A stretch of DNA of 63,545 nucleotides, counting the filler, from Octopus bimaculoides (taxonomy: Eukaryota), in the NCBI RefSeq assembly GCF_001194135.2. It is 7 parts of 7 records of this genome, joined end to end, with 100 filler letters (N's around TTAATTAATTAA, not from the genome) between each part and the next. Parts side by side here need not be neighbours in the genome. Positions count along the whole stretch, not along the records: positions 24,534 to 51,871 come from NC_069008.1; positions 51,972 to 58,452 come from NW_026317853.1; positions 58,553 to 62,391 come from NC_068986.1; 4 more parts are not named here. One strand, 5' to 3'. Below the pieces are notes generated by a model that saw nothing but the letters and a program-made list of their open reading frames with translations, made no database searches and was not told the DNA's origin. A program made the position numbers and the translations under genes. Every line of letters starts with the position of its first letter. Within the stretch, counting starts at the first letter, position 1. Shown here in pieces: positions 49,347-61,204 of this stretch.

Positions 49347-50258
49347 TCACAGTGAAAGGGGTTTCTCATCTGTATGACTACGTATGTGGTTAAGAAGATG
49401 AGAATTCCGAGTGAAAGATTTCCCACAGATTTCACAGTGATAAGGCTTTTCTCCAGTGTGGATTCTTTTGTGTCGGTTTAAATCACTTTTCGACACAAAA
49501 GACTTTCCACATACTTCACAGTGGAACTGTTTTTCTCCAGTGTGAATTTTGCGGTGACGTACAAGACTGGAATTATCAGAGAAAGATACCCCACATATTT
49601 GACAATGATATGGTTTTTCTCCAGTGTGGATTCTTCGGTGAACTAAGAGACTAGAATTATCAGAGAATGATTTCTCACAGATTTCACAGTGATAGGGTTT
49701 CTCTCCTGTGTGTTTTCTTTTGTGTCTGTTTAAATCACTTTTGAAGACAAATGATTTTTCACATATTTCACAATTAAACAGTTTTTCTCCAGTGTGTACT
49801 CTTTGGTGAGCTACGAGACTAGAATTATCAGCGAACGATTTACCACAGATTTCACAAGGATACGGCTTTTCTCCAGTATGTATTCGTATGTGAATGACAA
49901 GACTAGAATTATGAGAGAACGATTTCCCACAAATTTCACAGTGATAAGGTTTTTCTCCAGTGTGGATTCTTATGTGTGTTGTTAAATCGCGGTTTTTGGC
50001 AAAATATTTTCCACATATTTCACACTTGTAGGGCTTTTCGATATTGTGTATTTCTTTGTGAGTAAATACTTCATGTTCTGAAGAGAAAGTTTCCCTACAA
50101 ATCTCACAGCTATATTCAGGAATATTTCCGTATAATGATCGTTGGCGAATAAATGTTTCACAGTATAAAGGTTTCTCGTCTCCGTCTGTCTGTGTAACTG
50201 TATCTATATTGTTGAAAATAGTTGCGTTAGAACTGTCCAAGTGATTAACGTCTTCCAT
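49347..50258 (-). CDS. C2H2 zinc-finger protein, 9 tandem fingers, 303 aa
   Basis: Intact ORF with nine CX2CX12HX3H fingers and TGEKP-type linkers; candidate acceptor ttttaag ending 50278 and upstream donor gag/gtaaga at 50614. Confidence 0.92.
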   Translation of the reverse strand: MEDVNHLDSSNATIFNNIDTVTQTDGDEKPLYCETFIRQRSLYGNIPEYSCEICRETFSSEHEVFTHKEIHNIEKPYKCEICGKYFAKNRDLTTHIRIHTGEKPYHCEICGKSFSHNSSLVIHIRIHTGEKPYPCEICGKSFADNSSLVAHQRVHTGEKLFNCEICEKSFVFKSDLNRHKRKHTGEKPYHCEICEKSFSDNSSLLVHRRIHTGEKPYHCQICGVSFSDNSSLVRHRKIHTGEKQFHCEVCGKSFVSKSDLNRHKRIHTGEKPYHCEICGKSFTRNSHLLNHIRSHTDEKPLSL

Positions 50259-51971
50259 ATCAATTACTCACAGAATTCTTAAAAGCCAAGAAATATGAGC
50301 GTATATAAACTATTTGTGGTTCAGTTTCTGTATCGAACATCATGGGCTGTCATTTACCAATGTCGTGAGACAGGTGTAACAGAAAAAGGCACGGAATTAT
50401 GGGGCAAAAATGAAGAAAGAAAAATTTGTGCGCAAAACAATTCTTTCACGGATGGAAACAGCTACCGCTACCCAACTCCATGCTCTTTTCCTTTTTCATG
50501 ATGTGATAGCTATTCCGAAAGTCCGCTGATCAGATATTACACTCGCTTACTGAGACGAGTCTAAGAGTAAAAATTAATGTCTTTTCTTTTTTTTCTTGCC
50601 GACAAGTTTCTTACCTCTCCAAGTTACATAAATATTGTTGTAATTAAATTGTTCATGGATGGTAGAAAAGTGCAATAACGTGTGCAGTATCGCCAAATAT
50701 TAATCTTTTTTTTCCCCGATTTGAAAGTCAAGTGCAATGTCAGTATGAGTCACAACTATTCCCTCAATTGTTGGTGAACAAAATCCGTTTCTTTTATAAA
50801 ACAGGGAACAGCCCTTTCAAGATGTAACTTAAGTTTATGATAAAATGAAATATTCAACCATGAATGTGATCGAACACCGACCCTGAAACACGTAGGTTGC
50901 CTTATGTTATCCATAAACATTAACGTTTACCTTAGCAAAGGGTATTTACTACACACGATTATAATTAGTTGAATGAAAAGCATATCAAATACCCGATTTC
51001 GTTGAAAATAGTCCCGCGCTTGAATGACACCGGTGTTGTAAGTTAAAAGTCCCTTATATAATTTAATACATTCAGCAACACATTCAGTTTTACTGATTTG
51101 TTTCTTTTACTGTGTCCAACCAGTGACGTAGATAATGGGGGGGGGGCATCACATCCCACTACAAGCACATTTTTCAAAATTGGCGCCTCTTCAATAACTT
51201 TTTTTTTTTAACTCTCATTCACTTGTGCGATAAAAGTCGAATCTATTCATTTATTTTGTTAATCGCATGGCCCTGGAAGAACTTTCTGGAGTCATTACTT
51301 TATTTGACCAACATCCTTTCTTTTTTAACTTTCTCCTCAATCTCTTATGATGTGTTGGTGGCCACTGACATCTGAAGAACCAAAACAAACCCTGACGNNN
51401 NNNNNNNNNNNNNNNNNNNNNNNNNNNNNNNNNNNNNNNNNNNNNNNNNNNNNNNNNNNNNNNNNNNNNNNNNNNNNNNNNNNNNNNNNNNNNNNNNNNN
51501 NNNNNNNNNNNNNNNNNNNNNNNNNNNNNNNNNNNNNNNNNNNNNNNNNCCCTAACTTTAGAACCTGGTTTCGCCTCTGTGTCCAACCCATGGTAAATCA
51601 AAATTCAGAACTGTGGTGTTATGGGCTGTGTGTTGTTGGTGGAGAGAGGTGAGGCAAACAGAAGTGAAGCCAAACCGGAAGGGTCGGACACATGCGGTCG
51701 AAGGCCAGCACGTGCGTTAGTGAGAAAACAGACAGGTTACGAGAAAGACGTGTTTTGATCAAGAGCGATCGTGTACTCCGCTGCGGTCGACAAGTTAAGG
51801 TCCAACGTTTCATTCTGTCCTTTTGCTTCGTGTTGTCTTTTTCCTCCATCACACCACAAGCTATTTCGGCCNNNNNNNNNNNNNNNNNNNNNNNNNNNNN
51901 NNNNNNNNNNNNNNNTTAATTAATTAANNNNNNNNNNNNNNNNNNNNNNNNNNNNNNNNNNNNNNNNNNNN

Positions 51972-52016
<45 letters not shown>

Positions 52017-52027
52017 TAATAATAATG

Positions 52028-52093
<66 letters not shown>

Positions 52094-53145
52094 GTAATAA
52101 TGGTGATAATGATAGCAACGATACTATTGAAATATACTATTCAATAAGGATAATTAAAATGGTGATGGTGATGGTGATGATGGCAGTTACTATAGAAAGC
52201 ATAACAACAACAACAACAATGACAACAAGTACAACATCAATAATATCGCCGCTAACAACGTTTACCGTTATTGCTTTTACGATGGATAAATGCATTGGAG
52301 CGTCTGGGAAATTGCACGATGATCATTTCGTATAGCAATTCTTCATGCAACGATTCTTCGCCATATTCGTGTGCACACTTGTGAACGTATATAGATTCAT
52401 ATATATGCATATATATATATATATATANNNNNNNNNNNNNNNNNNNNNNNNNNNNNNNNNNNNNNNNNNNNNNNNNNNNNNNNNNNNNNNNNNNNNNNNN
52501 NNNNNNNNNNNNNNNNNNNNNNNNNNNNNNNNNNNNNNNNNNNNNNNNNNNNNNNNNNNNNNNNNNNNNNNNNNNNNNNNNNNNNNNNNNNNNNNNNNNN
52601 NNNNNNNNNNNNNNNNNNNNNNNNNNNNNNNNNNNNNNNNNNNNNNNNNNNNNNNNNNNNNNNNNNNNNNNNNNNNNNNNNNNNNNNNNNNNNNNNNNNN
52701 NNNNNNNNNNNNNNNNNNNNNNNNNNNNNNNNNNNNNNNNNNNNNNNNNNNNNNNNNNNNNNNNNNNNNNNNNNNNNNNNNNNNNNNNNNNNNNNNNNNN
52801 NNNNNNNNNNNNNNNNNNNNNNNNNNNNNNNNNNNNNNNNNNNNNNNNNNNNNNNNNNNNNNNNNNNNNNNNNNNNNNNNNNNNNNNNNNNNNNNNNNNN
52901 NNNNNNNNNNNNNNNNNNNNNNNNNNNNNNNNNNNNNNNNNNNNNNNNNNNNNNNNNNNNNNNNNNNNNNNNNNNNNNNNNNNNNNNNNNNNNNNNNNNN
53001 NNNNNNNNNNNNNNNNNNNNNNNNNNNNNNNNNNNNNNNNNNNNNNNNNNNNNNNNNNNNNNNNNNNNNNNNNNNNNNNNNNNNNNNNNNNNNNNNNNNN
53101 NNNNNNNNNNNNNNNNNNNNNNNNNNNNNNNNNNNNNNNNNNNNN

Positions 53146-53210
<65 letters not shown>

Positions 53211-53461
53211 GTACACTGAAAGACAAAAGAAGCTCGTATTTCACACATATAGTGGTATATGTCTACCTTAGGATACCTAATATAGCTGTACATATATTGA
53301 CACTTATGTACCAAATTGACGAATGAACCTCCTACCGAGACCCTAACCGCCTAGAAATAACAGCTAAATTATTTATAGATAAATTCCTCTATTTTACGTA
53401 ACATCGAGGTCTCATTCATTCTTTTGTTGTCATATCATTATTAATATATATATATGTAAGT

Positions 53462-53497
53462 CCTTAGCGCTTCGAGCCTACGCTCTTCCACAGAAAG
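53462..53497 (-). ncRNA. Hammerhead-like motif with variant core (CUGUGGA) in a short repeat
   Basis: CCUUU-CUGUGGA-A-GAGC GUAG GCUC-GAAGCGCU-AAGGA; hammerhead topology, non-canonical core. Confidence 0.45.
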
Positions 53498-54937
53498 GAA
53501 CACAGAAAGAAACAAGAAAAGAAACAAGGAGAGAAAAAATATGTGAAATATATATATATATATATGTGCATGGTTTTGCATTTATAATAAAATAAGTATA
53601 TACAAATTATAAAAAAATATACAGTACTGTATCTACTTCGCGGATTTTCACCTTTCGCGGGGGTTTTTGGAACATAATACCCGCAATTATTCGGGGTATT
53701 ATTATATGTACGCATATGCAAACATCATATATATATATATATGTGTTATGCACTTTTTGGAAAAGCCGTCTTTGCAGAAATATCGCACCTACCTATCTTA
53801 TAGATATTTACTACGAGACACAAATCAGAATAGATCTATGTAAATAACATTTTTATATAATGAGGAGAGTATATAACATACACATATAGTGCCACCGCAA
53901 TCGCTTACATGTCAAAATAAATAACTAAATCAAAAGATACAGCAATAATTAAAATAAAAGACAGAAAATGTGCAGCACATATTGATGGATGCAAGATCAA
54001 AATGCGATATGAATAGCAAGCACTCTTCTCGTACAGCCGAAAATATTAATAATGAAATACATATAGACATTCAGGCAAAGAATCACACACTGCCAAGCAA
54101 TATATATGCAATTGCGTACACGCTATGATGGGCGCACGAACACACAAGCATATAAACGCATACATATAGATACATATAGACACGCCCGATGGATGTAATG
54201 GCGCGATGACAGTCGAGTCGGCTGCCGCACCACGCAACACCTCACTCGAAAAGAGACAGAAACTATCGCATTCATGGACTCTGCTCAGATGTAATGAAAT
54301 AAATAGATAAATAAATAAATAAATGAATGAATGAATAAATGAAAAATGAAAACAATAAACATGAAAATATCGAAATAAAATATAATTAAAAATGTCTGAT
54401 GGTTTGCTATTTTGCTCTCGGTGAATGAAATGAACGCATGCGCATCTCCTCTCGTCCTACCGTGCGCTCAATGTCGCATATGCAACAAAACATGCTCAAC
54501 AAAAAAAAAAAATATATATTTAAAGTAATTGCAATCACATGTACGACAATCTCAATAACACGGTGACACTGGATGTGCCACGTGGCTCCGCATATATTGT
54601 TGTAGTGTCAAACACCAATGATGTTTATTATTATTTTTTTTTTATTAAAGAATGCTTCGAATCTTACACACACACACAAAAAAAGAAAAAAAGAACTGTT
54701 CCACATTTAAAATAAAAAATATGAATGTAAATTATTTTACCATTTATTTTCTTATTTAGTAATTTAAATGATTTTTAGCTATTACACACACACACAAAAA
54801 CATATACATTCATATATTCACATACACCCACATATATATGCACACACACACATATATATTGCATACATAGTTATGTATACATATATATGTGTGTGTGTGT
54901 GTGTGTATGTGTGTGTGTATGCATAAATATGTATGCA

Positions 54938-54981
<44 letters not shown>

Positions 54982-55035
54982 TATAGATATATGATACACA
55001 CAGAAAGTTATTGAATGTAAAATGGACGATATTAA

Positions 55036-55269
55036 TGTGAAGTGAATTTACCAATAACACGCTATGAGTCACGTGCCTTGGAGGACTCTCCGATGTATTT
55101 GCATGATCTGCTAGATACAGCAGTAGAAATTCCCTCAGATTACATTCTGCTGTCACAGGGAAAGAAGATCACACTTGAAGGTGTAGTCCAAGATGTACTA
55201 CATGACATTAACGTCAAGTTCAGTGCGATCAGGAAATATCTGAAGCTAGGTATAAGGCCAGCAATTTGA
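55036..55269 (+). other. Candidate orphan coding segment, unidentified
   Basis: Globular-looking 77 codons (NLPITRYESRALEDSPMYLHDLLD..KLGIRPAI*) between microsatellites. Confidence 0.25.
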
Positions 55270-55809
55270 AATCTGTACGTGTGTATATGTGGTGTGTGTG
55301 TGTGTGTGTGTGTGTGTCTGTGTGTTGGAGAAAGTAGATTAATGCGACCTCAGTACTGCGCCTCTATGTATGTATGCCTGCGCTTCTATGTATGTTTGTA
55401 TAATCACACACGCACACACATACATATGTATGTACGTACGTACGTACGTACGTATGCATTTACGTATGTAGATATCTATGTGTGTGTGTGTGTGTCTGTC
55501 TCTCTCTCTTAGAGCTGGTGCGTTTGTGTCCCCGTAAACTAGCAGTTCGACAAAAGAGACCGATAGAATAAGAACCAAGATTAAAATATAAGTACTGGGG
55601 TCGATTTATTCGACTGAAAATTCAAGGCGGTGCCCAAGCATGGCCGCAGTCTAATGATGGAAACACGCAAAAGCATAAATGAACAGTACATTACTTATGT
55701 GCTTGTGTTGTACAATTCTCTAAAGCAGTGATTTTTTACATGTTAATCGATAAATATTGAATCTTTCATAGTATCACACAGCTAGCATATCTTACGTAGG
55801 TTCTTATGT

Positions 55810-55864
<55 letters not shown>

Positions 55865-56673
55865 AAATATACATGTAAGTATGTAAGTATGTATGTATAT
55901 GTAAATGCATTTCTGTAAGTATTGATATAAAATCAATTGCTATAAGGCATAACCGTATTCATTAAGTCCTTTGCTCGGATAAGTACTGGTGTATCTTTGA
56001 TACTTCAGTATGAGAAGTCTGAAGCAATACTTGATTCCAGTGGGATACCCAAAATATATGAAGGCGTTTTTATCTTATAGGAATTTTCGGTTTCTTCCAG
56101 AGCGGAAAAAAGAACGCTCTGCTAGAGATTAAAGGCCGGATGGACGCGATTATGTAATACAGTATAATTACGTGAAACGATTTCAAGCCAGCGCTGTTCT
56201 GATATGCTAGCAATTGACTGTATCACATTGAACTCCATCAAACACACATCTTGTGATTTCTTATGTATTAATTAACTTGGTTCAGTTAGATACACGCGCG
56301 TGCATGAAGACACCCCTGCCGCACACACACATACATACATACATACATACAGAAACACAAGTATGTACTCATAGAGAAAGAAATAGAGAGAGAGGGAGAG
56401 AAGTACAGACAGTTAGGTCGGCAGACACACGACCAGATGTATTGAAATTGAGAGAGAAGGTAAAGCAGAAAAAATTCCAGAATAGTAATGAGGGAAGGTA
56501 GGATGGTTTAATGATGGAAACTATTAATTTGACAGAGTAGACTATGACGTTTCGGACATAGTCGTTCTTCAACATAGGGTGTAGAATTGAAAGCGAAGGG
56601 GAAAACAACATGAAAAATTTTAATAAATACTTAAATAAATGAAAGGGGATTCAAGTAAAGTTATTAACTAATG

Positions 56674-56726
<53 letters not shown>

Positions 56727-56781
56727 ACACACACACACACACAGACACACTCATACACATAGAATTAAGAGTGTATATTAG

Positions 56782-57200
56782 TGTGTGTGTGGTTGTGCGA
56801 TATTAAGTTCATATCTCAATCACATGGTTCTAGGTTCAGTCCCACTGCTTAGCATCTTGGACAAGTATCTTCTACTGAAGCCTCGTGCCAACTTGAGTCT
56901 TGTAAATAGGTTTGATAGAGAGAAACTGAAAGAAGCCTTTCATATATGTGTGTGTGTGTGCGTGTGTGTATCTATGCATTTGTGTGTACGTGTCTTTTGA
57001 GTGTGTGTTTGTGTGTGTGCGTTCCTTACGTTTGTTTGAGCGCCTTTGTTCTGTGTTTGTTTCCCACCACCGCATGGCAACCGCTGTTGGTTTATTTATG
57101 ACCTCATAACTTAGCAATTCGGCATACATGATCGATAGAATAAGTACAAGCCTATCAAAATAAATACTAGATTCGATATGTTTAACTAAAACACCTTCAA
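56782..57200 (+). mobile_element. SINE family A, diverged
   Basis: cacatggttctaggttcagtcccactg..gatagaataagtac. Confidence 0.7.
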
Positions 57201-57259
57201 GGTAAACGATAAAAGATAAAAGAATTCTCTGCATATATGTATGTATGTATGCATTCGAA

Positions 57260-57590
57260 GTGAAGAGACGTGGTTTAGTGGTTAGGGTGTTCGGCTCACG
57301 ATCGTAAGATCGAGAGTTCGACTCCCGGCGGCGCGTTGTGCCATTAAACAAGACACTTTATTTTAGCTTGCTCTTGTCCACTCAGCTTCTAACAAATGAG
57401 TTTTATCTGTAATTCAAAAGGACCAGCCTTGACCCATTCTGTGTCACACTGGACCTCTCTGAGATTTACGTTAAGGGTACACGTGTCTGTGGAGTACTCA
57501 GCCACTTCGTTGTTAATTTCGCGAGCAGGCTGTTCTGTAAGTCGGATCAACTGGAACACTTGTCGTCATAACTGGAGTGCCAGTTTTGTG
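57260..57590 (+). mobile_element. tRNA-derived SINE, family C (gtgaag..tggtttagtggttagg..gttcgactcccgg)
   Basis: Clear A and B boxes followed by non-tRNA body; reverse copies at 672-972, 4210-4557, 7972-8306, 28150-28345. Confidence 0.8.
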
Positions 57591-57766
57591 TATGTATGTA
57601 TGTATGTTTGTAAGTATATGTATGTATGCATGGATACACACACATACACACACTCACATATACATATAATATATATATATTTATATATATATATACGTAT
57701 GTATATATAGTACTATGAGCAGTCGTATGGCATATAGCTTTCAAAGAACATCTTGTATAGCCATGT

Positions 57767-58042
57767 CTAAAAGCTAAACTGACTAATATCTGATGTATAG
57801 ATCTCGTATATATATGACATAAATCCACTATCCGCTATCACTTTGTAACCAACCGTAAGAGGTAAGCGGCGTACTAAATTAAAATGGCTGCCGTCAAACA
57901 CTGACATGGTGAAGTAGTCTTCGCTCACATATTCAAACGCCACATCAAGCATGTGCTGTTCTGTGATGTCTACACGTCGTTTGCTTTTGAAAATAAAATC
58001 AATCACATCAGCCATCGCTCTTAGATAGACATCGATCGAAAT
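57767..58042 (-). other. Candidate orphan coding exon or ORF, unidentified
   Basis: 91 codons of ordinary, non-repetitive composition after an attag acceptor-like site (ISIDVYLRAMADVIDFIF..ISQFSF*). Confidence 0.3.
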
Positions 58043-58156
58043 CTAATCTAGTTTCCATTCTCAATGCTATATGCTGTCCAATGTCGTTACCGTCGTCGTC
58101 GTCGTCGCTGTCCTTGATGTTGTTGTTGTTGCTGCTGCTGCTGCTGTTGCCGTTAC

Positions 58157-58214
<58 letters not shown>

Positions 58215-58892
58215 GTTCGATTTCTATGCTCTTATAGGGTCGTAGGTAAAATGACAATGATTGAAAGAAGAGCGAGAAAGAAAGAAAGAAGGAAATTGCG
58301 GCGGAGGTCAAAGAAAGAAGAACACATAGAAAACAAACAATCTGTCAAACAATCAAACAAACAAAAAGCAAACCTTGATTTGTAGTTAAGAAATTCGTTT
58401 TGAAATAATTTGGTTTAGTGTTCGATTTCACCGCATTGCACTTTGGGAAAATNNNNNNNNNNNNNNNNNNNNNNNNNNNNNNNNNNNNNNNNNNNNTTAA
58501 TTAATTAANNNNNNNNNNNNNNNNNNNNNNNNNNNNNNNNNNNNNNNNNNNNTAAATAAATAAATGGATGAAAGAAGCTTAAAATTTTACTGAAATTCAT
58601 CTTCCAAACTCAAAGACTTTTAACATTTTATTTTTTACTGAAACAAAAATTGAAAATTACAGAAAAAAGAGAACTATTAAATTTTGAAGTTACCAGGAAG
58701 TAGTTTGAGAAGAGATTCCTGAATCTGTGTTTGTTTATTGATGACAAACTCTTTTTCAGTTGAATTTAGTCTCTGATTCTTGACTTCTAGAATCTGTGAG
58801 TGATATTTCAATTCTGAAATGGAAAGCAGATCAAAATTAGAGAATGAAACTGTAGGCAACCTTATTTGAATCCAGTGCTGTCATGTTTTAAT

Positions 58893-58928
58893 GAGAGTCA
58901 TCTATAGTTATCTTCCCTGTCACATCGT
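58893..58928 (+). repeat. 36-bp exact direct repeat, copy 1
   Basis: gagagtcatctatagttatcttccctgtcacatcgt, identical to 61169-61204. Confidence 0.95.
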
Positions 58929-61168
58929 CCTAATGCTTTGCCTCATTTATATCTAGATTTTGCCCACTCACCGCCATTGCTCAACGTTATGCGAGTTTGT
59001 CTTATCATAGGTCCTCATATATAAATTTGGAGTGAGAATACGAGTCACAAAAGATTTTGTCGGACTGCACCTGTTTGTTTTTGTCAATTTAGACTTCAGT
59101 CAGAATGAGCCATTCACCGTTATCAGTGCAGCTCTGATTTTTCCAGTTGGACTCGTACTTCACGGCGAGTGACATTTTGTCTGAGCAGCAGCAACTGCAT
59201 ATTCAACTGAGTTCCATCCCTCCCTCACTGGTGAAGAGTCTCAAGATTATCATCATTGACACCCCTAAAGATGCCACATATTCATCCGTCAAGAGTGAGA
59301 TTATTTACAGGATGGCCATATCCAAGAGCAAGCTTTTCAACACGTTAATTTAGGATGAATATTTGGATGACAGGATGTCAACTCAACTGCTGCACAGAAT
59401 GAGAGAGCTCACCGAGGATTCTTCCAAAGACAGCTCCTTGCTGAAACAGCTTTTCTTCTCTCGTTTGCCTTCGCACGTGCAGGAGATTCTCGTCCCAAGC
59501 ATGGACATCACTCCCATCGACCAGTTGGCCTTGTCTGCCGATAGGATTTTGGAGTACACTGGAAATGGAACCGTGGACAACAAATTGCCTGCTGTTTCTC
59601 CTTCTCCCTCAACAGTCATAGCTTCATTTCAGCAGCCTGATTCCACTCAAGCGGACGCTCTGCAGGCCATTAGGGAACTCACTGAGCAGATGAAGAACCT
59701 ATGTGCCACTCAGAATTCGCCTCCCCCATGCGATGTGCCTTACCCCCTGCCTCCTCGTCAGACTTATGCTGGTATCATCATCGTTTTGGCTGGAATGCTA
59801 GGAAGTGCATTTGACCGTGCTCATATTTGAGTCAGGGAAACGCCACTATGGGATGCTAAGCATGGTGGCTGCTCCCAGTACACATCCCCAGAGCCGTGCA
59901 TTTTTCATAAAAGATTGTTCATCATGCGAATTTTTCCTGGTAGATTCTGGTGCAGCTTGTAGTATTTGGCTGCTCAAATTCATCAAGGACAAGCCTCCTC
60001 TATCGGATGTTACTCTGCAAGCTGTCAACCACTCACCCATTTCAACATATGGTCAGGTCTCTCTTTCCCTGGGTTTGGCCCTTCAACAGGACTTCAAGTG
60101 GATTTTTATCATTGCCGATCTGCCCTATCCAATACGAGGTGCAGATTTCCTCCATCGTTTTTCCCTCACGGTTGATGTTCGTATGCAGAGACTTGTAGAT
60201 AGCACCACTGACCTCCATATTCCTGGACAAATATCAAATACTCCTGCAGCCAGCCCAGTTTTCTTCAAAGCTGCAGCTGGTAATCAGTACCAGGCTATTT
60301 TGAACTCTTTTCCGGAACTGACCAAGCTAAACTTCCAAGTGAATAACCCTGCCTACTCGACAAGGCATTTTATTACTACAACCAGGCCTCCTGTTTATTC
60401 TCGACCGCATTGCCTACCTCCAGAGAAGCTTAAGGCAGCCAAGGTGGAGTTCGACCACATGCTCCAGCTAGGAATTAACCGCCCCTCCACCATCCAATGG
60501 GTCTCGCCGTTGCACATGGTCCCTAAAGGATCGGGCAATTGGCGTCCTACAAGCGATTTCCGATGCCTGAATGCTATTACTGTTCTGGATCGTTATCCAA
60601 TCCCTCATGTCCAGGACTTTGCTTCATCCTTACAGGGGTGTACAGTGTTCTCTAAGCTCAATCTGGTTAGGGCCTACCATCAGATTCCTGTGCATCCAGA
60701 AGACATCCTTAAAACTGCTGTGACAACACTGTTTGGCACTTCTGAATTTCTGAGAATGCCATTTGGGCTTCATAATGCTACCAGTACATTCCAGCGCTTT
60801 ATAGATGAGGTCATTCATGGGCTGAACTTCGTCTATGCTTATATTGATGATCTGTTGATTGCCAGTTCTAGTGCTGAAGAGCATGTACAACATTTAAAGC
60901 TGCTCTTCCAGGGCCTGACCCAATTCAGAGTTAAAATAAATCCAGTTAAATGTGTTTTTGGATCCTCTTCACGCGTTTTCCTTGGCCACCTCATCAATAA
61001 AGTGGGTATTAGGCCTCTTCCTAAAAAAGTCCGGGCTATTCAAGAACTTCCTCCCACCTCGCTCCGGCAGCTTCGTCATTTCCTGGGATTATTGAACTTT
61101 TATAGGCATTTTATCCCTCACTCTGCGGAGCACCTTGCTCCTCTTACTGAGCATTAAAAGGATCATAA
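58929..61168 (+). mobile_element. Ty3/Gypsy LTR-retrotransposon fragment (degenerate gag, protease, RT; no RNase H or integrase)
   Basis: gag motifs LFFSRLP and CWYHHRFG..ARKC; protease FLVDSGA; [35 protein letters not shown]; stop codons and frameshifts. Confidence 0.93.
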
Positions 61169-61204
61169 GAGAGTCATCTATAGTTATCTTCCCTGTCACA
61201 TCGT
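61169..61204 (+). repeat. 36-bp exact direct repeat, copy 2
   Basis: Identical to 58893-58928; abuts the truncated RT. Confidence 0.95.

Noticed and set aside
5301-53314. Long ORFs full of X, or of CV/HT/YI/poly-I/poly-N runs
   Set aside because: They span N gaps or translate microsatellites; no coding evidence
57260-57335. tRNA gene
   Set aside because: A/B boxes continue into a SINE body seen in several copies; no clean cloverleaf or terminator
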